Shown here piece after piece: positions 13,886 to 27,300 of a stretch of 64,000 bases of DNA. Origin of the DNA: Octopus vulgaris. Taxonomy: Eukaryota. The position numbers were made by a program, and so were the translations under genes. Each line of letters opens with the position of its first letter. Positions within the stretch are counted from its first letter, which is position 1. The stretch lies in NCBI GenBank assembly GCA_951406725.2, contig OX597819.1, positions 65,100,001 through 65,164,000 of the forward strand. The letters are read 5' to 3'. Below the pieces are notes generated by a model. The model was not told the DNA's origin, made no database searches, and worked only from the letters and a program-made list of their open reading frames with translations.

Positions 13886-16416
13886 AAATGCAATAGAAAA
13901 TATATTATGCACATGCGAAGATGTTAAAACAAATATTTGAAATATTGAGACTGGAAGAGAAAATACCCTTATAACAAGAAGTGCTTTGCTATTAGTGGGA
14001 AGGAATAATGACAGCACCCAAGAAACAAAATGCACACATCATTTACATTATTTGCATTTACAGTAAATCACATACCATAACCCAAAAATATCAGGACTTG
14101 GAACGTGCACATACAGCGACAATATTTTTGCGATGTAATGCATTCACATTTCACATATAAATAGAACCGAAAATTGCAAACGACAATGCGAATTGAATAA
14201 AAATTAAGTCAATAAATTTATAAATGATTTACATTTTCGACACAAAACCAGAAAGTTTTTCTTCGGTAGGGTACGTCTGTAGTGAATTGAATTGATTTCA
14301 ATATTTGACTGGCACATTGTTTACCGACACCGAAGTTATAAAAGACAAATTTAACAGTAGCAGGTGTTTAGAAACAAGAAATTATGACCCCTGCAACAAA
14401 TCATTTTTTTCTTAACTTTAGAAACAATGCCTGAATTTGTGTGGTAGAGGACCAGTCGATTCTATCTACCTCCAAGGCTCACCTGGTAATTATTTTATTT
14501 TACCCCGAAATGAGAAAATGCGATGTCGAGGTTGACAGAATTTCATGTGAGACGTAATGCCGACTTTGCCTTTCATCATTTCGGGGTCGATAAATTAAGT
14601 ACCAATTACGCACTGCGGTCGATATAATCGAATTAATTCTTGTGTCTGTCCTTGTTTGTTCCCTCTGTGTGTAGCCCCTTGTGGGCAGTAAATAAATGGG
14701 TATTTCGTCTGTCATTATTTACTAAGTTCAAACTCCGCCTCGGTCGACTTTGCATTTCATCCTTTCGGGGTCGATAAATTAAGTACCAGTTGCATACTGG
14801 GGTCGATCTAATCCACAGTCCCCCTGCCTCAAAATTTCGGGTCTTTTACCTTAGGTAGCAAAGAATATTGTAGTGAGAAGAAGTAGTCGATTCCACTGTC
14901 CTACTTACTTGAATATATTTAATTTCAACAAGCACAAAAAATCTCATAATAGCAAAAGCCAGAGAAATACCAAAATGTGTGTTTTCTAACGATCCATTGA
15001 CTTTGCCAGCTTGCAGCCATATTAATTATTTCAAATTATTCACTGGTTCAAGAATCATGGTGAGATATACTTATTCAGCGTAGAGGCGCAAAGGCCCAGT
15101 GGTTAGAGCAGCGGATTCGCGACCGGAGGATCGCGGTTTCGATTTCCAGTGCGGGCTTTTTGTGTGTTTATTTTGCGAAAACACCTAAACCTCCACGAGA
15201 CTTCGGCGGAGGGGGGGGGTGCTGACCTCTGTTGTACTCTTTCGTCCCAATTTTCTCTCACTCTTTCTTCGAGTAATGCTGCGATGGACTAGCGTACGGT
15301 TCAGCTGGGGGGAACACATACGCCATAAAAACCTGGAAACTGAGCCCATGAACCTGGCTAGGCTTGAAAAGGAAGCATAAATAAATAAAAATATACTTAT
15401 TCAGCAGCCCATACATTCACAACATTTTATCGAATATGAATGGATGAACGATTTACTTGACGTGGGCTGCATGTGAATCCAGATCAAAGAACATCAAAAT
15501 AAAGAACCCACGTCAGTTTGTCTGATGCTCTAAATGTTCTTGTAGTCCAGCTCAGTTATAACATTTTGAAATGCAAGCATGATCTCAAATTGTTCAGGCA
15601 AGATTTCATCCTTTAAATCCACACCATAACTTGATTGGAAGTTAATTTTACCTCTAGCGTAGGGATAATTGGCGAAGATGGATGATATCAGTAGGACTTG
15701 AACTTAGAGCGCAACTAGGCGGAACATACATCATATACCACGAGGCGTTTTTCGAACGCTATAGCGTTTTCAGCGACCCAGTCGATAATAATAATAAACT
15801 ATTCTACTCAAACGTGTAGAATGCAATTTGAAACTTTTATGCTGTAATGAATCGCCAATAAGCAAGATGAATCATGCAGTCATCCATGTTGTTTTTCCTT
15901 CTTCCCCTCCTGTTAAAGCGCCTAAAGATAATTAAGACCTTAGACACAAACGTCACTTCAGTGCAATTTCACTGTTAATGTTTCATGAATACAAGGAGAT
16001 ACCTTAAATAATATATTAAGATAATCGCAATGAAAGGGTATTCGGGTGTAATGTGCCGGAAACGGTGTATGTGCCTCGGTGAGATCGTGTAACGACAGGA
16101 TGATATATAGAATAATTATGCAGATGACGATGATAAGGTGATGACGATAATGACGACGATGATGATAAGGCTGATATGTGGATGAAGACGATAACAATGA
16201 TATTGGTGATGATGATGATCATGACGATGATGATGATGATGATGATGATGATGCGGATAACGTGGTTTTACTGAATACTGAAATCAATGTTGATTTTATT
16301 TTAATCGACCTCTCTCTTACGTTTGCACACACCCACACCTACACTCATACACGCACACACAAACATTGTGTGTATGTGTGTTTGTGTGTGTATACATATA
16401 TTTATATATACGTGTA

Positions 16417-16490
<74 letters not shown>

Positions 16491-16597
16491 TACATAGATA
16501 CAGATGTACGTGAGCATATATATATATATATATATATATATACAGGTATGTATGTATATATATACACACACATATATATCGTTATACATGCATACAT

Positions 16598-16650
<53 letters not shown>

Positions 16651-16719
16651 CATATTTTTATGTGGATTTAATTCTGTATTGAAGCCATTTCAAACACTTA
16701 TTGTGAGAGCATATGGTGC

Positions 16720-16761
<42 letters not shown>

Positions 16762-16776
16762 TAGAAAGAGAGAGAT

Positions 16777-16846
<70 letters not shown>

Positions 16847-17348
16847 CTGGATTCTCACTATGAATTCAACCACATGATTAGGATTGCTAATGAACTTGAG
16901 GACGGACATGAAAGAAGATCCGATAGAGATCTCTCTCTAAAGAGCATTGGTAAATTGTAATTACCAGACGAATAAAATGTTAAGAAATTGAGCAGTTCAG
17001 TGATAAGTTAGTGCGTTCCTATTTCTCATGTAAGCCACAAACAAAGGTTTACTGTGGAATATCGACAAATCTATCGCACCTAAGATTAATGCTACATCCA
17101 TGCAATTCAAACTCAAGTTAGCCAATTCGCGAGCAAGAGATAACAGTAGCATAAAACGGGTTGAACACTGGCAGACAAGCGATATAGGCTTTGCGAAACA
17201 AACTGAAATCAGCAAACACAATATGGCCGACTGTGAGAGAGTGCGAGCCTTCTAGATGATTCGTTCCCATCAGGCGTGATGCGGAGGCTGAAGATACAAC
17301 AATTCTTCTGTTTAATTGAAACATAACACATTTACACTCATGCTCCAG

Positions 17349-17362
17349 GACTACTACCGCTG

Positions 17363-17431
<69 letters not shown>

Positions 17432-17760
17432 TCACTACTACTACTACTGCTAAAACCACCACCACCAACACTACTACTACTACTACTACTAAAACCACCA
17501 CCACCACCATCACCACCATCACCAACTCTACTACCTCCATCACCTCCACCACCATCACCAACTCTACTACCTCCATCACCTCCACCACCACCACCAACAA
17601 CAACACCACCACTACCACCGCCGCCGCTGTGGTCGCCACTGCCGCCGCCGCCGCCACCGCAAACACCACTACTACCACGACGACGACGAGCACCCACCAC
17701 CACCACCACCACCAACACTACTACTACTACTACTACTATTACTACCACCAGATCCACTAT
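17349..17760. repeat. Compound trinucleotide microsatellite (CTA/CCA/GCC)
   Basis: Direct reading. Similar compound tracts at 33590-33770, 43410-43640, 52170-52600, 55190-55635 and (CTT)n at 55923-56010. Confidence 0.95.
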
Positions 17761-18200
17761 CACTACGGTGACATGGCAGAATCGTTACTGTGCCGAACAA
17801 TATATCTGCAGCCCTTTCTCATGGCCCTATCATTTCTTTTGATCCTTTTCTGGGTCGATAAAGTAAGTACCAGTTGAGCATTTGCGTCCACATAATCGAT
17901 TCCCCCCTCCTCTCAAAATTGCCTGCCTTCTATCGAAATGTAGAGACAAATTTTACAACCACTAATACAAATTCTTTGCTCCCCATAAGTCCACTACTTG
18001 TAGTAATAAGTCTATTACTTCACGTTCATTTCCCCGCTTGTATTTTCTCCTAATTCTTCTACTGTATTGTCACCTTCATTGTATTAGTATTCTATTTTTA
18101 AGTTTTCTCTTGTCTCCTGTAACCATCGGGTCCATCCCCGTATCCCTGCGGATTCTTACCTTCACTCTTATACTCGTTGCCTAATATTAAATACTTGATA

Positions 18201-18642
18201 AGGCGGCGAGCTGGCAGAAACGTTAGCATGCCGGCGAAATGCTTAGAGGTATTTCGTCTGTCTTTTGGTTCTGAGCTGAAATTCCGCCGAGGTCGACTTC
18301 GACTTTCATGTTTTCGAGGTCCATATATTAAGTGCCAGTTGCGTACTGGCGTCGATCTAATCGAATGGTCCCGTCCCCCAAAATTTCGGGCCTTGTGCTT
18401 GGAGTAGAAAAGAATATTTCGTTGTGGAAAGACGGCGAGCTGGCAGAAACGTTAGCATGCCGGGCGAAAAACCTTAGCAGTGTTTCGTCTGTCTTTATGT
18501 TCTGAGTTCAAATTCCGCCGAGGTCGACTTCGACTTTTATCTTTTCGGGGTCGATAAATTAAGTACCAGTTGCGTACTGGTGTCAATCTAATCAGCTGTT
18601 CACTTCCTCAAAATTTTGGGCCTTGTACCTAGAGCTGAAAAG
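18201..18642 (+). mobile_element. Family-1 SINE head-to-tail dimer
   Basis: Two full units starting at ~18201 and ~18432; AATATTAAATA(C/T)TTGA on both sides of the pair. Confidence 0.85.
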
Positions 18643-20092
18643 AATATTAAATATTTGACATGCATTTAACTATGATGGAATATATACATGTTTGACGCTT
18701 TTTACCAAAATATAGTAAAGCATGCTTACAAGATATCACAGTCATTTCTAGGAAATATGCTTAATTTTTTTCTAGGACCAAGCAGCAGATATTCTTTCAC
18801 GTCATCCTTGTGGTGAATGTGGGTGTTAAATTCATAGGAAATTTCAGGAAACCATACTTGTCTCGTGCATTACATAAGCTTTGTGCGTAAAAACAAAAAT
18901 AAGGAAAGCTTCACAAACATAGCACTGTAAATAATTAATACGCCAAGTACATGTATATATCATACAAGTTGAAAGAAGTGAGAGAAAAAGCGACAAAATG
19001 CGTTAGAAGTATAAAAACATTTTGCTGTGGAAAAAAAACAAAAAACTTTAAAAACTATTTTATATCACTTTTAATTTAAGCGCATTTGAATTGAAAGTAA
19101 AAAACGTAGAAAGAAAATAGTGAAGAAAGTGTCAGAAAAATGAAGAAACTTTATATAAATGCGTCAAAATTGTGCATAGTAAAGCATAATATCAGAAGAA
19201 AATATAAATCATTAATTAAAATGAATAAGTTGAATTAAAAATGTCCAACTGTTGTAACTATAGACTCAATATTAAATAGTTGCGTTGCAAAACGCATCGT
19301 GACGAAGAAAAAACGTTATTACAGTTATATTGATATCACAGTTATATCGAACGTGATGTTATTAAATAATTTATCAAGGCATAAGTACAAAAATTAAAGC
19401 TATATCTTGGAGAAAGACACACACACACACACACACATACACGTATAGATATGAAACAGTAGTCATCGTTACAGAGTTTCTAGAGAGTCATACTATTTTA
19501 GACATGTTTAAAATATCGTAGACTTCGATATAAAGCCATTACAAGTAGTCAGTAAGTGCAAAGCGTTCGGCTGACATTAGGTGTCACCATGACCGTCCCG
19601 ATTTTATTTCAGGACGACCGTGTGTAAATGTAAGACTATGTGAACATAGAAACATAAGCACGCCAGACGAAATGCTTAGCGGTTATTTCGCCGGTCATTA
19701 CATTCTGAGATTAAATTCCGTCGTGGTCGACTTTGCCTTTCGACCTTTCGTGGTCGATAAATTAAGCACCGTCGAGGTTGACTTTGCATTTCATCCGTTC
19801 GGGGTCGATAAATTGATTACCAGTTGCGTAATGGGGTCGATCTAATCGACAGGCCCCACCCGCAAAATTTCGGGCCTTGTGCCTAGAGTAGAAAGAATGT
19901 GAACATGCAAGTGACAAGGTCGTAGACTGATCGAACATAAATTTGACACACCCTTTATGGTGGTGGTCGAGCATGGCTACAGTCAAATTACTGAAGCATG
20001 CAATACAATATTTATACATATATATAAATTAGACGAAAGCAACCTTTTATCAATTCCACAATGAAAAAATTTAATTATGCCATATAGAAAAC

Positions 20093-20147
<55 letters not shown>

Positions 20148-20232
20148 TTCGAGACAAAACCACTATTTTGCAAAACAAACACGGAAAGACTTAATCAATA
20201 CATAAAAATTTTTAATATAAAGAAATAAACCG

Positions 20233-20275
20233 CCACTACAATCGTTTCATGTCTTCAATGACATTCGTCAGGTGG
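20233..20275 (-). ncRNA. Type-I hammerhead ribozyme (minimal, Penelope-type)
   Basis: Minus strand: CCAC-CTGACGA-ATGTC(ATTGAA)GACAT-GAAAC(GATT)GTA-GTGG. Full core CUGANGA/GAAA/GUA, stem I 4 bp, stem II 5 bp, stem III 2 bp. Hand-folded. Confidence 0.85.
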
Positions 20276-20786
20276 ATTTTCGATCTAAAATATCAATATA
20301 TTAAAATATAAGTTTAAAATAAAATTATCAATGAAAAATATAAATATATATAATCTATATATAATCTATATATAATCTATATATAATCAATATATAATCT
20401 AAAATAAACCCTATAAACAATTGAATATAAAGAAACCTATTATTAAAGTTCTCATATTTAAAGATGTACAAAAAACAAAAAAACAAAAAACAAGTGTATA
20501 TATAAGTGTATATACATACGTACACACACACACGTGCGCGCGCAGATGACTCACGCCCACAAGTATATATATGGATCAAAACAGTTTGATTCAAATTCAT
20601 TGGTAATCAAAGGTACCTTAGCATATATACGTAGTGTTATCTCCGTATCCTAAATACCTTAGCACCACATGGTTCCGGGTTCAGTCCCACTACGAGTCAC
20701 CTTGGACAAGTTTTTTCTACTATAGACTCGGGCCGACCAAAGCCTTGTGAGTGGATTTGGTAGACGGAAACTGAAAGAAGACCAAC

Positions 20787-20866
<80 letters not shown>

Positions 20867-21875
20867 TGTGTGTGTGTGTGTATGTGTCTGTGTCTGTGTG
20901 TGTGTCTGTGTGTGCGTGTGTGTGTGTGCGTGTGTGAATATATATATATGTTTGTGTCTGTCTTTGTCCTCCCAACATCGCTTGGCAACCAATGTTGGCG
21001 TGTTTACTTCCCTGTAACCAAGCGGTTCAGCAAAAGAGAGACGAATAGAATACGTACTAGGCTTACAAAGAATAAGTCCTGGGGTCGATTTGTTCGACTA
21101 AAGGCGGTGCTCCAGCATGGCCTCAGTCAAATAACTGAAACAAATGAAAGAAAAAAAAATTTATATGTATATACAAGAGCGTACACATGCACTTAGACCA
21201 AGGAATAAACATTCAGTGAATTCATCTCTGTGTGTATTTGGGTGTCTAAAGTGTGTCATCAACCAATTAAGCTGTATTTGTTGATCTGTCAAACTCTTTT
21301 TACCTCAAGCGTCTTCCTATTTTTATATTCATGTTTTAAATCTGTTTTACTATTTTCAGTACGATGTTTCATTCATATTGAATATTTTTTTGTCGCTATT
21401 GAATATCAAGGTGAACTATAATGTATGAAAAATGGAATAGCTGAATAAGACTAGAACCTATAGACAAAATGTATGATGGATTGATCTATCTAAATATATT
21501 ATAACGGTTACCTCCTATGAATTTCAGCACTGCACACATTTCCAAACACACAGTAAACTCTACGAATGGAATAATTAGCAGTCAACGATTGAGACAGCAG
21601 AAATCATTATCATGTTGACATTCGCTATTATTGTTTAATCGGAAATAGCTATAACACTCGTATATTTTTAATTACCTGTTATAATTATGGTATCCTGGCA
21701 ATTAAGCTTCTTTCCGAAATCTCCTTTCAGATGGAGGAGCAATCAATCTGAGAGGAAATGAATTATGAGAGCCAGACAAAGTATTGACCTTGAAACCGAA
21801 TTGGTTTTGCATCGTCTCGTTTATCATTTAGTACATAGGTTAAAATCTGTTTCTTGTAGAGATTCATGCGTACGC

Positions 21876-21907
<32 letters not shown>

Positions 21908-22000
21908 ATACACACACACACATACATAAATACATAAACATATACATATATATATATATATGTATATTTTTATGTATATATATGTATTATATATATATGC

Positions 22001-22328
22001 TGAGACCCCCTTCAGCCATGACTGACCATGGGAGTACTCCTAGAAAGTTACCCCCCGAGGTACAAGTTCGGGCAAGGTTGTTTCATGGAAGACCAGCAGT
22101 CGCCCATGCATACCGGCCTCCCCTCTCTACAGCACCGATGTTATCCAGAGGAAAGGCAAAGGCTAATACAGCTTGGGACCTGTGACGTCGCAACTCATTT
22201 CTACAGCTGAGTGAACTGGAGCAACGTGAAATAAAGTGTCTTGCTCAAGAATACAACACGCAGTCCGGTCCGGGATTCAAACTCACAACCTGACGATCGT
22301 AAGCTCGACGCTTTAACCACTGAGCCAT
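22001..22328 (-). mobile_element. CORE-type tRNA-derived SINE (family 4)
   Basis: Minus strand has a tRNA head (TGGCTCAGTGGTTAAAGC..GTTTGAATCCC) then TTGAGCAAGACACTTTATTTCACGTTGCTCCAGTTCACTCAGCTGTAGAAATG, resembling the CORE domain. Related partial copy at ~46215-46450(-). Confidence 0.7.
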
Positions 22329-22357
22329 ATATACATGTAAATGTGTATGAGTGTAAC

Positions 22358-22389
<32 letters not shown>

Positions 22390-24025
22390 TGTATGTATGT
22401 ATGTATGTATGTATGTATGTATGTATACGCATACAGACATCGTCTGTCTTCCTGTATCTCCTCTCAGTTACCACATTGTGCTTTACATTTTTCTAGCAGC
22501 TTTTGTATGTATTGTGCATCATACTGAAACAAGCTATTTTCCTGTAATTCTCGGTTACATACATTTCCCGGTTGTGGTCAACTGCTGTTGTTCGAGCAGT
22601 TGTCAGTCTCTAAGTTGCTTTTCTTTTTGTTATGTTTTCTTTTTGATAGGGAAGTGAATCCTCCCCACTTGGCCAATCCTGGCAGCTCTCCATACCAAGA
22701 AGCGACAATCAGGTCTCTCCCAAATAATTTTCTCCTCAATGATATTGCAACAACTGTAAGCAGAATGTGCAGAGGGTTATCTCCGTATCTGTCCGAACTA
22801 CATTTCATCACAGATCAACCGGCTACACAGATTCAAAATCAAGCAAACAAAACAAAACTTCAGTTCATCCAGGACTGGAATTTTTAAGACCTTGCAGGTG
22901 TGCTCTTCCATTCACCAATATACGTCTCATAGGCTTCAATTAAAATTGAGTATGGATAGCGTAACGTAGCAGAAGAGCTTTACGAGAGCAGAGGCAAATC
23001 GAACGTAATTCGAGCGAGGGAGTTAGAAGGATTTCGATTACACGTTACCTTCTCCTCTCACAAATCTTCATTGACATTTAAATTTCTATTCTAAATTCGC
23101 GTATGGTTGTTATTGTAAGTATTGTTTACTTTACTAATAACCATAGCGTCTAATTGTCCAGTATTTATTACTAATTCTGTCGATATATATCAGGAGAAAG
23201 ATCGTTTAGGCTACGTTATTCTTTTTCATGTATTGACAGATCTCTATTTTCCCCTTGTGTTGGTACAATAGACTTCGAGATTGTTACATAGATATTCCCT
23301 TCACATCATGTCGTTAGAATGTCTGTCGATTTGTGAGGTGACTCTTCCCTTAAGCAATTTTTTTAGTTACAGAGATAGCTAAATTTTGTTTATATTTTAT
23401 TTCTAACTGTGCCTTCAGTTATTCATATTTCTCATTCATCATTGCTGTTTCTTGATCTGTTTTCACTCTACATAACGACAGCACGCTCGTATATTTTCTT
23501 ATCGCATTTTTCGAGAAACTTATTTACTGTTTTCTCTAATCTGGGTCGACCTTTATTAAATGTGATATTCTTTGATTTTTCTAGGCAACTAGTAGACATT
23601 TTCTTCCATGAAAAAAATTGATTTCATGCCTCTTTTAACACCTATGTGCGCAGATTCATATAGAATATCGTTGGATCTTCCCCAGTTGTTTTATAAAATT
23701 AATTGAGCTATTAGTTCAAAGGTACACAAAACTTCTCCATAGCTTTCCCAACCTGTGATTGCTGACCCCAGTCACTCCTCCAGCCATTGTGATTGCTAAT
23801 AATTGTAATTGCTCCAGTAATTGAGCTTATTTTTAATATATTTTCCTTGTTTAATATTCTCTAGGATAACCCCATACCAAAACAGAACAACACAGACCGA
23901 AGAAGAGAATTAATTTTTCGTTTTCTGAGCCTTCAAACTATGGCAGCATTTCTAGGATGAAGTATTCATTAAAAGGAATTCACACATCTATATATCTATA
24001 TATATCTTCATACACATACACATAG

Positions 24026-24083
<58 letters not shown>

Positions 24084-24353
24084 AATGTAGGATAAATTTT
24101 TTTCTAAAAAAAATTTATCAATGGCCAGCATATTAAAAAATACCTTTAAAGGTTGAATTATAAATAAGGGCAAACGAAAAAGTTTCTAATGCCAAATATG
24201 CCGAAAATTGGACATAATGGGCTGTAGGATCGAAACGTAAAAGACTTTCTCACTTCCCAACCGTTAAAGTAATGCATCTGTATGTCGTTTACACACCCGT
24301 CTTCGTCTTTTCTTTTTTTGTAAATTCCAACTATATATATATATGTGCTCATA

Positions 24354-27300
24354 TCTCTCTATATATAAACGGCAGTTTGTCTGTGCGTGCTTCTGTGTGT
24401 CTGTTTTCTCGTACCCTCACCCTGACCACGGCTTTCAACCGATTCTGATGAAACTTGACACACACATAGCCCAATGTCATAATTCAAAACTAACGCAGCG
24501 AAAATTTTGAAAAGTTCCCCCAGTTCTGAAAAAAATTGATAAATTCGACATGGGGTCGAGAATCATAAACATGAACCACAGACTGTCTAGGGGACGCAAC
24601 TCGAGAATCTAAGCTTTTTTTATGCAACGCATTATCTATGGTAGTTTTCACAACTTGCAATCGATTTTCACCAAACTCATGGTGAAGCTTAATGTTACCC
24701 TAAGAAACTCAATTCTGACGTTAGTTTTCCATGCAATACCTTACCATCAGAAACAATCGATAAAATCATGCCATTTTGGGAAATCGCGTTCAAATTCAAG
24801 ATGACATATTTTCGACAATATCTTTCACAAATTGGCAGGAATCTTTTTTTTTTTCACAACGAGCATCATGTCTGCTCCAAGGAGCTATATAGCCCTTTTT
24901 ATTCCAATAGGATACATTATTGGAAAAAATCGGTTAATTTAATCATACGTGGCACACATAGCAAACAAATTTGTGTATTAAACACAAACCAGACTGTCTA
25001 GGGGACGCAACTTGACCTTTTTAGCTATCGATAATTCGATCCAACCAATTCCTACCAGGAAGAAATTACATTCGAGACTTTACCCCCAACACCGCCACTT
25101 CTGCTAATAGCTGCTGCAGCCACAAGTTATTCGAATACTTTTTTGGTTTAAACTTTCTTTATAACTACCACCCCAAACGTTTTACCTTCAATTTTTGACG
25201 TACCCTAACGGTCCTCGGACGCTACTTGCAAACTCTTGGTTTATTATAAACCACTTTTGTCGTGTGCATCAAAAAACTTTTCCTTTCGTTTGTTCAGTTT
25301 GATCACTTTTGACTTTTTCGTTGTTGTCACTCACATTGCTGCCAGCTTTTTGGCCGTTTTTGTACTTTTTATACATTTTCGGATACTTACCCCACGAGCT
25401 CCTTTTTATTACACCTTTACCAAACACATTACTATCCACCAAAATACTTACCCCACGTGTTCCTTTTTATTACACCTTTGCCAAACACATTGCTATCCAC
25501 CAAAATGCCACCCAAGAAGAGAAGGACCCTCCTCAGCCCTCGGACGGCCAAGGCATCGGCTGCTAGGGCTAGAAGGGCACGCGAGACCCACGAGGAAACC
25601 GCCTTGCGCCTCTCGCAAACAGCTTCCCGTTATGCCGCTGCTCAGGCATCTGAAACTACTAGCGACCGTTCTACCCGACTTGCAAGGGTCGCAGCGTACA
25701 GATCTTCCCTCCGCTCGAGGTTGACGAAAGAGCAAAAGTCCAGCCAAAACATGCGGGCTTCTTACTGTGCTTCCATCCGCAGAGCGCGCGAGAACCCCGA
25801 ACAAAGGGCCATTCGGAATGCGGCTAACGCCACTAGCACCGCCAGGACACGATCTGTCGAAACCTCACAGCAGAGGAGAACTCGCCAAGATGCTGACGCC
25901 GCAAACAAAGCCATGGCCAAAGCTGCCGAAACACCTCAACAGAGGAGAGCTCGCCAAGCTGCTAACGCCGCAAACACAGCCAGGGCTCGATCTGCCGAAA
26001 CTCCACACCAACGGACTATTCGGACATCCAGACATGCCATTAACACTGCTTCTGCTAGGGCTTCAGAGGGTGCTGAGGCGAGAGCTGAAAGGCTTTCAAG
26101 GGATGCCACTGCTACCGCTGTCGCACGTGCATCTGAATCTGCTGAGGCACGGTGCACTCGACTTGAGAGTATCAACAAACGTCGGGATATCATTCGTGGT
26201 GTACGTACCCCTGCCCCCGCTTTCTGGTTGTCACTAGCATTCAACTACGACGCCACAATTAACTTCTCCTTGCGTGACGACATCAAGATAGGGTCAATGA
26301 CAATTGTATGCCAGTTTTGCAAAGCCAAGAAATGGCCCGGAGAGCCACCTGGTTTGTGCTGCTCTGGTGGCAAAGTGGACCTGCCACCCCTACGGGAACC
26401 ACCTCAACCACTGAAGGATCTCGCGGCGGGTTTAACCCCCGATTCGTCACAATTCCTTGAAATAATTCGAAAGTACAACTGCTCATTCCAAATGACCTCT
26501 TTCGGGGCCAAAATTCCTCCCAGAGAAGGCTGGATGCCTACTTTCAAAGTGCAGGGACAGGTCTACCATCTTATTGGGTCACTTCTGCCAGACGAGATTC
26601 AGCAGTCTTCTTTCCTCCAAATATACTTCATTGCCGACTACAACCACCAGGTTGATGCACGCCTTGGAATAATACCGGGTACAAGCTATGTTCCCCGCAA
26701 AGACGTTCTTCTCCGTCTCCAAACCATGCTTCATGATATCAACAGCTACGTCTGCAGCTTCAGATATGCCTTGGACAGTGCTCCATCTCCAAACTTCACC
26801 GTTGTCATTGATGCTGATAAACGACCCCACGGGGAGCACGAACGCCGTTTCAACGCACCTGCGTGCAACGAAATTGCCGCAGTCATACACGGAGAGCAAC
26901 ACAACAGCCGTGACATAATCATCTCCTCCCGTGGTAACAACCTACACAGGATCAGCGAGACTCACAGATCTTATGACGCGCTTCAGTATCCATTGCTTTT
27001 TCCCTTATGGGGAAGACGGCTACCACTTCGGAATTCCTTTACGGCAGCCCTCCAATCAAACTACTGCGGCATCAAAGACGGTTTCCTGCAGGGCGTTCTA
27101 CTCATACCGGTTCATGGTCAGGGAGGGTGAGTTCAGCTTATTGCCCCGTTGTCGTCAGCTATTCAACCAGTTCGCCGTCGACATGGCCGCAAAAATGGAA
27201 TCGGAAAGGCTGCTATACATTAAACTTAATCAGACCAAACTTCGCTCCGACTCCTACATTAATCTCCGTGACGGTTTGCAACAAGAAAATGACCCTCGCA

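Noticed and set aside
22588-22887. ORF containing SLPNNFLLNDI after a polypyrimidine/AG
   Set aside because: Only a short resemblance to post-RING linkers; no domain and no partner exons.
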